This document shows positions 39,241 to 51,801 of a DNA stretch of 64,000 bases, piece after piece. The DNA lies in the NCBI GenBank assembly GCA_964016885.1, contig OZ024745.1:68014001-68078000 (forward strand), given 5' to 3'. Made by a program: the position numbers and the translations under genes. The notes below the pieces were generated by a model, which was given only the letters and a program-made list of their open reading frames with translations, was not told the DNA's origin and did not search any database. This DNA is from Eledone cirrhosa (taxonomy: Eukaryota). Numbering within the stretch: position 1 is the stretch's first letter; each line of letters opens with the position of its first letter.

Positions 39241-39743
39241 TCTCACTTTATATTATTTTATTTTATTTCTTTTATTTCGTCCTTCTATCTGTTCTGTTTG
39301 TTTCATGCACATATCATACCAGCAGAAAGATTTATTTTTCTGTTGCATGATCCAGCATTTTCAAATGATACTATCAATTAAATCATGCGAAACCATTTTG
39401 CTGGTTTGAGGCTGATGAGGTGAAAATGTGTGTGTGTAAAATTGTCTTGTACATCGCATTTTCTTATTTCCTCCTTCTAGTCAGTTCTATGCGCCAACAC
39501 ACTTCTCCTTGACATCTTCCTCTTTCAGTCTTTTCTATATTTCATCTGCCTGTCACCCATCTTGTGGATTGCCTCTCTGTTGACCACTGGCTGCAGATCT
39601 CTGTCCTCTGAGGTAGTTTTGCCCATTGCTGTATTTGACAGCATTTAGCTGATTTAACGGCTGTTCTAGCCTTGTTTTCTCAATTTGATATGTATTCAAT
39701 TATACTCTCGCTTCGTCTCGATCAGAGACAACAATGTTTCGTC

Positions 39744-39806
<63 letters not shown>

Positions 39807-39964
39807 AATATATATATACACAAATATATATATATTCGCAAAATAGATTAATTACAAAGTATTAAAATAATACTTGGAAAGAGAACATCATATTAAAACA
39901 AAATTCACCCTCGAAAAAGAATGAATTCCAGATAATTACTTCTCTTCATTCACCTACTCGTCCT

Positions 39965-40078
39965 CTTTCTCATCTTCTTCACCCTCCTCCTCCCCCCTCA
40001 CCCCCCCCCCCCCTCCTCCTCATCCTCCCCCTCCTCCTCCCCCTCCTCCTTCTCCTCCTCCTCCTCCTCCTCCTCCTC

Positions 40079-40176
<98 letters not shown>

Positions 40177-40190
40177 GATGATGATGATGA
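39965..40190. repeat. (CCT)n-(ACT)n-(GAT)n compound microsatellite
   Basis: Read directly. Confidence 0.95.
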
Positions 40191-40540
40191 CTATAATATT
40201 AATACTAGTTCTAATTTATAATAAAATATGGAGAGGAAAGTAACCGAAAGGAGACAAATAAATGGATTGGAAGAATAGAGGAGAAATATAAGTATTGTAT
40301 TGTTCTGACAGCCATCTTGTCTTTTCACACCGTTAAAACCCATCAGGAATGTGACGCCACTGACGAGATGTGACCACATCCGCTGTATAATTGAATTTGT
40401 GAAAATTTTTCTAATCACACAGGAATCTCTTTATGTGGCTTCAATGTTCAGTACGTGATAAAAGAAAACAAACGAAAACACAAACAATCCTGTACAAAGC
40501 ATCAGCATTAATCAAACAAAAATATAAGAAATTGGATGGT

Positions 40541-40627
<87 letters not shown>

Positions 40628-40753
40628 AATGCATTTATAAGAATATATATGAATATATGTATATATCTGTGCGTGGGTATATATATATATATATATATAT
40701 ATATAAGCAAGTATTGCACCAAGAAAAATAAAACGTCGGCGTGAAGAGAATAC

Positions 40754-40801
<48 letters not shown>

Positions 40802-42450
40802 TTGTAAATGTGTGTGTATATATATATATATGCATGTATACACACACACACACACACACACATATATGTATATAAAGATTTATAAAAATGAATATGAAAT
40901 GTTTCGGACTTTTGGGACAGAATGTCTTTATTTGAGAGGAAGAAAAGTGTCTGTTGCTTACAAAGAAGCGGTATTTAATTCATATTGAATACATGAAGAA
41001 TATCATTTAATAAGACGATATAATGTATACGAAAAGATATTGTTATTTAGATATTTTCGCTTCAAATTCAACTGTGAAGACTATATAATGCTATAATACT
41101 ATCAGCTTTTATGGCATTTTAAGAATGTGGTATTAATAGAGAATATTTTACCAACGACTATTCTAAGAAAAATCATTGATTTCGTGAACAATTTACCCAC
41201 AAGACAGCAACAGTCAATGACTTGAAGATATCATATGCATTGTATTGACATAGATATCATTTTACTACACATACAATCGGCTGCATAGATACGGGAGTAT
41301 TTACATATATCTAGAACAGAGATTCTGAACGTGATGCCCACGTCCCCCAGGGGAGCAATTTAAATATTTTGTGAGGAAATGCCACAATAAAAAAGATATA
41401 TTTCTCGTTTATGTGTGTACATTTAAAACAGTATTATTAAACTGTTTTTTTCTTAGTTATTTTCTAATTTTTTACTTATATCTTTTAAATACCAAACATC
41501 CTTTTATATTAAGGAGCTGATAAAAATATTTGCGGTGTCCTGGTGAGACATGAAGCGAAAGGCTTAAGAATAACTGTTGTAGAGTTTATAGTTTTCTTAT
41601 AAAAATGCATAAATATATCAGATCCTTGCTCATTCATTTACCTTATATGTTTGATATATATACACTTCTCTATAATATCATTATAATAGGTTTAACTATA
41701 ATATCACAGTAATAGGTTTACTTCCCAGAGAAATGAAAGGTTTCAGAAAGGTCAAATTCAGAAATACGACCTTATTTCATTTCAGAAGACATTAATAACT
41801 CAAACTGATATTATGCCAAAAATAATTTGTCATAAGTGTTTTTCTATTTTGTTTTGTAAAAAGTGTATGTCCATACATAATGAATGGTGTCTAATTTAGA
41901 CACACGACGATACATTTTGGGAGAGAGGAAGATAGATTATACTTCGGTATTTCATTGGTTCTACATTTCGTTGATCAGAAATAATGGACGTCAATGATGA
42001 CCCTGGCTGATATAAGTTGCAAGAGGTTTCTGTTTTATACATCAACAAAAGATATATAAATATTCTCCACACAGGATAGATTAAAAAAAAAATGTTAAAG
42101 GTTTGTGGATTTAGCCCCCATAGCACACTGTAAAACTATCATCGGGGTTTTATTTACACACAAGGAATGTATCAAATAATCATATAATTTTGCTAAACAA
42201 AGTCTGTACATACTTTTATATAGAATGAAATTATTGTTTAGCCCTAGGTCAGTTGTAAATGAGTGGACGTAGGATGATAGCTTTTTTTACGTCTTTGTAT
42301 CAGTTATCAGTTGGTTTTGCAACTAAATGGTTATTTAATTTTCAAAGTTCTTTTGTCACTCATTTTGTGACCTTCTCAATGACTATTTTGGACTTCTGTG
42401 CTTCCCCTTTTTTATTCTGTTCCAGATACACAAAAACATAACAATATATA

Positions 42451-42598
42451 GGACAATTCAGGACCCCGACGGCTGAGCTCCGGCCGATTCAACAGCTAGA
42501 TCTGAACAGCTTGGTTGTTGAAACGGCCAGAGCTCAGCCATCGGGCCCATCAACCTTTTTCATATTACCCACGCTACTACCCCAAGTATCGAGTACTT
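42451..42598 (+). mobile_element. Diverged family C fold-back copy
   Basis: ggaccccgacggctgagctccggccg ... gaaacggccagagctcagcc ... attacccacgctactaccccaagtatcgagtact. Confidence 0.7.
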
Positions 42599-42636
42599 TT
42601 TTATTTATATATATATATATAATATTTATGTATTTT

Positions 42637-42709
<73 letters not shown>

Positions 42710-42712
<3 letters not shown>

Positions 42713-43227
42713 TGTATATATAGTGTATTTTGAAATACACTGTATGCTTAATTAAAAGCATTTCGAAGACCTTACGCTATTGTTTTAGAGTAGTGACAGT
42801 CTCACTTACTTTAATTTTCAGCAAACAGGGGAGATAAAGCTGACAGAGCTCTGTTTCGCATTTTTTAGTGTTTATCAAAGCTAAGTACTTCGCCTGTTTG
42901 CTGAAAATCATGAATGTTTGATTCTTATAGAATTCTAGTAATAATCAGGAACTGATTATACAGAGCGGTTACCCGTCAAGCAGAAATTGAAAATTAGAAT
43001 TGGTGCTCTGAAATATCGAGTACTTAGCTTTGATAAACACCAAAAAGTGCGAAACAGAGCTCTGTCAGCTTTATCTCCCCTGTTTGCTAAAAATTAAAGT
43101 AAGTGAGACTGTCACTACTCTAAAACAATAGCGTAAGGTCTTCGAAATGCTTTTAATTAAGCATACAGTGTATTGCAAAATACACTATATATACATTCAG
43201 ATATATATCGCTATTTCAGAGCACCAA

Positions 43228-43233
<6 letters not shown>
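42710..43233. mobile_element. Family B subfamily 2: nearly one monomer inverted (42710-43016) plus a forward 3' part, in (TA)n
   Basis: Homologous to 4335-4955 and ends at the same ccaattctaa(ta)n junction; HHRs at 42838-42882 (-) and 43026-43070 (+). Confidence 0.85.
43026..43070 (+). ncRNA. Minimal hammerhead, U3-A8 core, fully palindromic stem III
   Basis: AGCU-UUGAUAA-aCACcaaaaaGUGc-GAAA-CAGAGCUCUGUC-AGCU. Confidence 0.78.
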
Positions 43234-43273
<40 letters not shown>

Positions 43274-43278
<5 letters not shown>

Positions 43279-43745
43279 GTAAGTATGTATGTATACGTAC
43301 ATGCATACATGTATACAGACGTACAGTAGTATGTATATATATACATACATGCACACATATATATATATATGCACGTATCGGTTATATACTTTCAGACGTT
43401 CAACCATCTGGCAGGAAGATATACGATGCTGACGATAGCTAATAAGCTTGAAACTAGTACATCGTTCCTGTGTCAGTGTTGAACAAAAAGGTGACGTGGT
43501 TGCCTAAACACCGTACGGCGTAATTCGGGCTGTTTGTTTCTTTACAAACAAACAAACCGAGCATTATAATAAATGTTCGGTAAACCGATACGTGCATATA
43601 TATATGTGTGCATGTATGTATATATATATACATACTACTGTACGTCTGTATACATGTATGTATGTACGTATACATACATACATACTTACATTTAGGTAAG
43701 TGCCGTACTAAGAGTGAGAAATGAAATTTCGTTTCATTCTATTCC

Positions 43746-43750
<5 letters not shown>
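43274..43750 (+). mobile_element. Family N copy with 5' inverted arm, in (TA)n
   Basis: Arms about 43274-43383/43584-43694; homologous to 61.7-62.7 kb. Confidence 0.85.
43423..43465 (+). ncRNA. Minimal type I hammerhead ribozyme
   Basis: ACGAUG-CUGACGA-uAGCUaauaAGCUu-GAAA-CUAGUA-CAUCGU. Confidence 0.85.
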
Positions 43751-43786
<36 letters not shown>

Positions 43787-43788
<2 letters not shown>

Positions 43789-43843
43789 AACGAGTAGGAC
43801 CTCGACGGCTGAGCTCAAGCCGTTTCGACGGCTAATTCTGGAC
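43787..43843 (-). mobile_element. Family C short fragment (HHR 3' half)
   Basis: ggaacgagtaggacctcgacggctgagctcaagccgtttcgacggctaattctggac. Confidence 0.75.
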
Positions 43844-44177
43844 ATATATATGTATATGTGTGTGTGTGTATGTATATATTTATATGTATGTATGTGTAGA
43901 TGTGTGTATTGCTTACCACGTGTGTTTGTAAACTTATTTATTTGTGTCCTTTCCTGTATCGCTGTCAACTTTATAATAATTTTTATTTTCTTAAGTCGTA
44001 TATTTTTTATTTTTATGTGACGGCCTATTGCATTATATGTTTGTTCATTGTTTTTTTTTTATTTTTTCTTATAATTAATTGTGTGGGTGCGTATGTAGGT
44101 GTATGTGCATATATATCTATATAAGTATGTGCGTGTATATATGTGTGTATGTATGTGTATGTACGTGTGTATATATA

Positions 44178-44222
<45 letters not shown>

Positions 44223-44371
44223 TCGATCACCAATACCATGAGCTTGCCATTCACGTAAGTCTGATATTTGATTTCGGATTCAAAGAAACACTTTAAACCA
44301 TTGTTCGTTTGATTTGTCCAGGTGTACTTTTCTCAACCTGATTAGTTCTATCGTTACTTTGGTATATAATG

Positions 44372-44533
44372 TGTGTTAGTTTCGCCTACCACAATGTTCG
44401 ATTTGTCAAGCTATTTAAACGTATGTTATTACTCTAAGGTCCTATCTTATCGAGTGCTTTGCTAACTCATCATTTCATATAAGTAGGCCGAATTTACTTG
44501 CAAACCGCCAGAGATTCGATTTTACTGATTTCC

Positions 44534-44537
<4 letters not shown>
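44372..44537 (+). repeat. Unclassified (TA)n-terminated repeat; second copy at about 54921-55088
   Basis: Two close copies ending at ttccaat(ta)n. Confidence 0.8.
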
Positions 44538-44595
<58 letters not shown>

Positions 44596-44838
44596 TTATG
44601 CATTTATGTGTATGGATATATATATATGTATGTGTATATATGTGTGTATGTGTATATATATATATAAGTATGTGTGTATGCATATGTGTGTGTGTGCGCG
44701 CGTGTGTGTGTGTGTGCATGTGTGTTTATCTACTTTTATATTTATTTTTTTTCCTTTCCTTCTTCCTTTTCCAGCCTCACTTTCATATAGATTATATTTT
44801 TGTTTTTAAAATCCACTGTCAATAAATACACCAGGATT

Positions 44839-44899
44839 TTTCATTCTGATGACTGAAAGCAAATTTTACTTGCTTTCAAGAAACCACTGGTAAATGAAA
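44839..44899 (+). ncRNA. Type I hammerhead ribozyme
   Basis: UUUCAUU-CUGAUGA-cUGAAAGCAAauuuuacUUGCUUUCAa-GAAA-CCAcUGGUA-AAUGAAA; about 25 nt upstream of a (TA)n tract. Confidence 0.82.
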
Positions 44900-44923
44900 T
44901 AATTATTTTATGTTGTTTATTAC

Positions 44924-45005
<82 letters not shown>

Positions 45006-45879
45006 TACATATGCATATATATGTATGTATGAACACACACACATATACGTGTGATACACTAATAACTATACAGTTTTGTGTATTGAATCTAAACAGATGT
45101 GTCTCTGAACATATCAACACTTCAATAGTCACTTAGTAGCCTGTTACTTTCATTTTATTTTCTTCTACAATCGCCTTTTTCTTGTCAAAATAATACGATA
45201 TTTATAGTTGTGTGTGTAGCACAAAGTAGCCAGAAGGAAATCATCTGTATTTCTTGGATGATTGCACAGATCAATTCGATCTGTCATGCTCCACTACTAA
45301 TACACAGACTATATTAAACAAAAAAATTACTTGAAGCGGACGGAATGTGATTAGGTTGTTGTACGACAAATTTTTGCAGTTAAAATCCAAATACCCTAAA
45401 TACGTAATGTAAGGAATAAATCAATGAATGAAGACGAAAGAAATTATATAATAAATAGTTGAATAAACAAGTATAAAATAAGATAAAGAAATAGAAAATA
45501 GAAAAATCTTGAAGGTTTTTGTTTGAAGAATAAGGCATTTAACAAACGGTTGAATCTACAGTAAAAAGTCATTGAAAATGAAGTGAGAAGTCTGTAGCAT
45601 GTTGTCAATATACATATTACAACATGTTTACTAACAACTATTACAACATATTTTGATATAAACAAATGGATTATATTATTTCAAATCTGGTTATTCTAAA
45701 CTATGGTTCTTCATTCTTTTATCATCGTTTCATAAATTTAACGTCTTATTCGCAAAATTTTCTTTATATGTTGACGAAAGAAAACCTCTGTTTTATGTTG
45801 TACGAGTCTTGAGTGCAGTGGAAGACAGAAAACATGTTTTCGGCAATGTTGACCGATGCTTTCGACCCCAGTACGTCAT

Positions 45880-46935
45880 TATCCACATCAAGTACCCTAC
45901 TGATGACAGTTTGTATAACGTCAGCTGTCTTGAAGTCATAATTAAGATACATGCAGTTCTCAAAAATCTTTTTTCACCAATGGTTACGTTTCCAAAGCTG
46001 GTTTTGCACACAAAATGCAGCCAATGATGGACCAGTTCTCAACAGCCTGTGATAACTTTGGCCTCACAAAAAACATAAAAAAAGACAGAGTTCAAACATC
46101 AGTCTGTCCCCGGGAATCATACCGGAAACATCAATTCATTGTAAATGGACAAACAAGTAGTTGGCAAGCTCAATATTACTCGGCTGTACACTCGCAAGAG
46201 TAGTAAACATTGATGAAGTTAACAACAGAATCTCCAAAACCAGCTATTGTCTTCAAAAGATGTGAGCGAATGTATAAGAGCTCAGAAGAATCAACATCGC
46301 TACCAATTTGAAGATCTACAGCGCAGTTGTTCTCACAACCCTCATGTATATCTGTAAGACAAAGACACTTAAAGGAAACATGCTCGACAATTGAACAACT
46401 TTCACATGAGTTGCGTCCGTAGTATCCCGTATGTCTGCTAACAGGATAAGATCCGTGATACTGAGGTGTTTCAGCAGACCACATCCAAAGCCTTCCATAC
46501 ACTCTTACAGAAGACCCGTGAAATGGGCTAGGTATGTTAGTCGCATACCGGATTACAATCCCTTCTGTGGAAGACAGGCAAACACTAAGTTGGGGTAAGA
46601 CAAAAAGGACCCTAAAGGTATCTATTAAATACCTTAATGTTGTGACTGACCTCTGGGATTGGCCTGCCCCAATTCACCCTAAATGGCACAATCTGATTCG
46701 CACTGATTCTTAAACCACTTCAAGCAAAAGAACTGCTACCAGGAAGAAGCGTCCACCCTACAACACTAGAGCTGCCATTATTCAAAGAAGCATACCTTCC
46801 CACAGTGTTTTATATATAGAAAGGATGAATTCCTGGTCAGTATGTGTCTTAACAGCCACTTCCGATCCATCCAGTTGAAATATACAAACCAAATCTGAGT
46901 CTTAGTTATCTTTGAAACAACGAAAGAGGAAGAAA
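45880..46935 (+). mobile_element. Decayed RTE-clade LINE, 3' part of RT ORF
   Basis: Frameshifted peptides MQPMMDQFSTACDNFGLT, YLGCTLARVVNIDEVNNRISK, NLKIYSAVVLTTLMY, KWARYVSRIPD. Confidence 0.8.
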
Positions 46936-47087
46936 TAACAGCAGTGGTAGCGGCAGCAGTAGCAGTAGCAGTAGCAGCAGCAGTAGTAGCAGCAGTAGTA
47001 GTAGTAGTAGCAGCAGTAGTAGTAGCAGTAGTGGTAGTAGTAGTAGTGGTAGTAGTAGTAGTGGCAGTAGTAGTAGTGGTAGTAGTC
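46936..47087. repeat. (GTA/GCA)n tract
   Basis: Read directly. Confidence 0.9.
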
Positions 47088-47849
47088 ATGCAGCGTCACA
47101 AAGAGGGGAGCAGTGGGCGGCATTTCTGTCACATTCGAGGCAATGATGTTTGTCAATTTTTGTCATGTTGTTGCCTATGTATAAAATATTACTAAAAGGT
47201 GATTAGTGAGCTATTTACTTCTGAGAAACTATAAAGGCACAGTTTGTGGCAGATGTAAGCCGTCCGAATTAATTAGAACCGTAAAATAAATCTCAGTCAT
47301 ACTTTGAGGCCGGTTTCATGCCATTGATTTTTAAACCAATCTAAAAGAATCAATTTTCAATATTACAAAAACGGGATTAATTAAAAAGGAACAAGACAGG
47401 TTATGTTCCTGTTCAGGGTGTAAAAATAAAATCCATTTAGCACAGATAAAACAGTTAATAAAAGCGAAAATGTTCTAACTGTAATTAATTTTAACGTGTT
47501 TTTTGCTCAAATTACTTCCTCCTCTAACCCTGTTCTACACTGCTGTCATTCGTGGCAAATAAGTAGAGTCGTTAGAGTGTAAGATAAAATAACGTGGGAC
47601 ATTTGTTCTGGTTATTTGTGTTCTAGGCTCAAATTTCGCCACGTTTACTTCAGTGATAGACTCAATCCGCATCCCAATTTAACATCACCACTTAATCTTT
47701 GGGTGCCTTTAGTAGAGCTCACTTCGATGAAAGCATTTAGATCTGGTCCTTGGTTTGAGGATACCTTGTTCTCACTATTCAACCAGTCCTAAAAAGGACC
47801 CCCGGACATTGCCCCTTTTTCTAGCCTAAAGATTAAAAGCAACTCTCAT

Positions 47850-48081
47850 TCAATTTGAAACGTGGGCCAAATCTGGTTAGAATGTCTCAAGAAAGAATCG
47901 CTGGACAGGTTTTACAGGCAAAACCATCCAGCAGGAGACTCTCGCTTGGGGATCCAACCGTACCGGATCAACTGGAGCAGGTTGATTCTGACAGAATCCA
48001 GTGGAAGGCGTGCTTAAGGATTCTGCCCCCAGAACCTCTCAGTAATAAGTGCGGAAGAAGAAGAAGAAGAAGAAGAAGAAG
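47850..48081 (+). mobile_element. 3' end of an RTE-like LINE with (GAA)n tail
   Basis: LVRMSQERIAGQVLQAKPSSRR...DRIQWK resembles RTE C-termini; followed by a triplet tail. Confidence 0.6.
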
Positions 48082-48367
48082 ATAGATAGATAACTTTCTT
48101 TTTATTTGCCACCAGGGCATCAAAAAGTGGGACAAGTACAATGGGGGGGGGGGGGAGTTTACATAAAAAGGCGTCCTCAATAAGGAGGAGGCAATAACAA
48201 AATATAAAAAATAATATATAAAATATAACAAAAATAAATTTAATAACAAAATCCTCAATAGGGAGGAGGCGCCTTGGGGGATCGCACACACTCCCGAAAA
48301 AAGTGTGCAACCCTTCTCCTCAGGAGCACAGAGAGGGGGTTCTCCCTTGATCTTTCATCTTCCTCAC

Positions 48368-50218
48368 CTATAGTCTGATGTAGAGTGAAGGCCCATTCAC
48401 ACGGGCCATTCTCGCCACTTTCACCCATCTTTCATAAAAACGGCTGGGGTGCAGCTCCTCTCTCTCCATTCTGATCCTTCTTCCGAAATGATATCGGAAG
48501 AAACGGACCAGTTGTTGGCCAGAGAGAGCGGTGTCTGACCTCAGTCCTTTCAGACGCGTCCACCATACAACCTCTTTCGCCATGGCTATTACGCACAGAA
48601 ACACCGCCTCTTCTTCGTTTTTGAAGAGGGGAGGCGGCTTGATCGTTACAATAGACTCGGTGGTCAACCATATCGGTCCCACCCTTGACAGCAGTCGTTC
48701 GACATAGCCCCACAGATCGGTAATGCCCGAGCAGTGTACCAATGCGTGTGCAACGGTTTCCTCGTCGCACACGCATCTGGGACAGATCTTTTTCGAGGGG
48801 TCCCTACCCGGGCGCCCGTGTCTGTAGAGCCTTTCTCGAACGGGCAGAGCCCCTCGGTAGTACTGCCAAGCCAGCGACCTCTGGAAGTTATCCATGGGTC
48901 CCGGGCTGAATGTCCTACAGAACAGGTTGGCCAGTTCGTCTTCCTCCATGCCTAGGGCTTCTCTGAGGGCGTCGTCGCACCTGCTAACCACCAGCCCTCT
49001 ATAGAATGACGAGGTGGATTCTCCACTGACAGCCGGGTCCGCCTGCCAGAGAGCCGTGAGCGCCTGGGAACACTCGGTGTGCCAGGCGCCCAGTTTTCTC
49101 GCTCTTTGCTTGACCCAGGAATGCAGCTCGGTGAGCGAGACGAGTCTGGGAAAGGCTCGCCTCACAAACGGGGCCCACACCGGTTGACCGGTGAGGAATA
49201 CCTGGAGGTGCCGTAGCCTTAATGCGTGTTTACGCATCATCAGCCACGGCATCCCCAGCCATCCTTTTGAAGGGTGTTGACAGCAGATGGATCTCCTCAC
49301 CATAGGAGCCCGCTTCTTCCAAAGGAATTGGAAGAGCGCGCGCTCCATTTTGGCGAGCGTTTCCCTTGGGCAAGGCACGACGGTCAGGCGGTAGTAGATG
49401 ACGGACGCTATATAAGTGTTCGCCACCTCCGCCCGACCTTTCAGGGACAGTTTGCACTCGGCCCACTTCTGGGTCAGTGCAAATACCCTGTTCGTTACCT
49501 CACCCCTGTACTTCTCCACCTGGAGGTCTGGTCCTAACCAGACCCCGAGCAACTTCACCGGGCCCTCCGTCCAGCGTCCGACGACGCCATCGGAGGGCAT
49601 CGATTTGCCCCTCCACGTGCCGAGTTGCAGACCGATCGACTTGTCACGGTTCAGCTTAGCCCCTGTAAACCTTTCGTACTCCTTCAGTAAGGTGCCGATT
49701 GCCCCGATTTCCGAGGCCGTCGACACCATCACTGTTACGTCATCGGCGTAGGCAAACACCGCTTTCCGCAATCCCGCTTCCAACGGGATGCCCTGCAACA
49801 ACTCCAACTTACGCAACAGTGGCTCTAGAGTCACTACATACAGAAGAGAGGAGAGAGGGCACCATTGTCGGATGGACCGCGCGATTTCGAACGGCTCCGA
49901 GAGGTAGCCGTTCACCTTGACCCTAGAGCAGATGCGGCTGCGGTGCATGGCATTGATCCAGCCCCTGAAAGCGGGTCCGAAGCCTGCCGCCGCTAGCACC
50001 GCATCCAGGTAACCATGGTCGACCCTATCGAATGCCTTAGATTGATCCAAGTTGATCAGGGCCCGACCAAAGCCTGGTTCGTTCCCAACCCTCTCTATGA
50101 TGTATCGCATGAGGTGGAGGTTGTCGTGGATGGACCTGGACGGGATAGCACATGTCTGCGCATCTCCCACCAGGTTGCCCACGACATGCGCCAACATCTT
50201 TGCTAGCACCTTGGCCAA
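48368..50218 (-). pseudogene. ORF2 reverse transcriptase and C-terminal CCHC finger
   Basis: LDQSKAFDRVDH, IRQWCPLS, AYADDV, KLLGV, LSLKGR, CPRC...ETVAHALVHC; the upstream RPITLLN motif lies in another frame. Confidence 0.93.
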
Positions 50219-51801
50219 ATCTGTAACTCTGTATTTAGCAGAGTTATGGGCCTGAAATTATTTATATCGTCCCTCTTGTTCTCGTCCTTCCTCACTAGCG
50301 TGACTACGCCCTTGGCCACAGACAGGTAATTCTCCTGTTCTGTTGCCACTTGCAGTAGACCGCCTCGAGGAGATCGGGGAACAAGTCCGGCATAGCTAGA
50401 TATAGTTCGTATGGAAGACAATCGAGACCCGGGGATTTGCGTTTGCCGCATTGGCTCAGCACGTCCTATATCTCAGCGGCTGAAATCGGCTCCTCGCAGG
50501 ACTTCGCCTCCCTGTCCGAGAGACGCGGCAGGTCGTCAAAGTATGGACCGAAGTCCACTTCCCCAACCGGCTCCCCGCCCCTTCCGAACAATCTGGCAAA
50601 GTGCTTTTCAAAAGCCTCGCACATCTGCTTAGGTTCAAGGATCACCCGTCCATCCTGGTCTCGCAAAAACCGGATAGTGGATCTACTCCCTCTTTTGGCT
50701 TCTGTCACGCGGGCCCAGCTAACAGCTTTGGTCCCCTCGTTCCCCAGAGCACGTATTTTGCTTCGGACGATGCAGCCTTCGTGTTTCGCGTCGAAGAACT
50801 GGCCCAGGGCCGTTCTCGACGCTAGCACTCTGGCGACGTCGCCGCTTCTAATTGCCTCTTCTACACTATCTACCAACTCCCTTTCCTTCCTATTTCTATT
50901 TGAGGCTAACTCCTTACTAAATTCTATAGAGATTACTCTAATCTCTCTTTCGAGAGATCCCCACCACCTGCTGTTGACGATGGCGCCCGTCAACCGCTCC
51001 TTAACTAAAGTGCTAATCCGGTCCCTGTAAGCCCTACTTGCCGGTAAGGACAAGTTGAGCTTCCAGTAACCGGGTCCCTGTCTATGCGTTATGTCAAGGT
51101 TGACCATGCAGGTCACTAACTTGTGGTCTGAATAGCCAACCATGCGCATTTTTGGACAACTTAAAAAGTCCTAATCCTTATTTCTAACTAAGAACCTATC
51201 TAGGTACGACCTAGATGATCAGATGCGGTTTGCCCAAGTCCAGGTTGGCGCAGTCGGAAAATCTAGTCGATATCTATCGGCCAGGTCAAATCGACCAATT
51301 AACCCTTCGAGGCTGTTACACCCTCTCTATCGGGACAGGCCCCTACGTAGTCCCAACGTGCATCTAAGATACCATTCCAGTCCCCACTAATAGCAAGGAG
51401 CGGGACGTCCCTAGAAAAGTCTCCAGACGATGGAAGAAGTCCGGCCGCATTGACCCGAAAGGGCCGTAGGCGGCTACCAGCCTAAACGCTCCGCCTTCAC
51501 CACTGCCAAGGTCCAGAACCACTAGTCAACCCTCCGGGTCCAAATGTACCGTCTGTGTTGCGAGACCCAGATGTTTTTGCAGCAGAACGACAACCCCACC
51601 CCCACCGCCGGGCTGACAGAGAGATGCGTGCATCTCAAAGTCATCAAAGGTGGTGGCCAGCTGTCGCACGTTGCTGATCGGGGCCTCGCAAATAACCATC
51701 ACATCTATACGTTGTGACCTGAGATTATTTAGAAGCATTGCTTGCTTCCAAGTGGAGCCCAGGCCACGCGCATTTAGACAGCCTACTCTTAGCATAGCCA
51801 T
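50203..51801 (-). pseudogene. ORF2 apurinic-like endonuclease and linker, split by frameshifts
   Basis: MAMLRVGCLNARGL, GGVVVLL, YSDHKLV, GPGYWKLN, KGVVTLVRK...NFRPITLLN. Confidence 0.88.
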
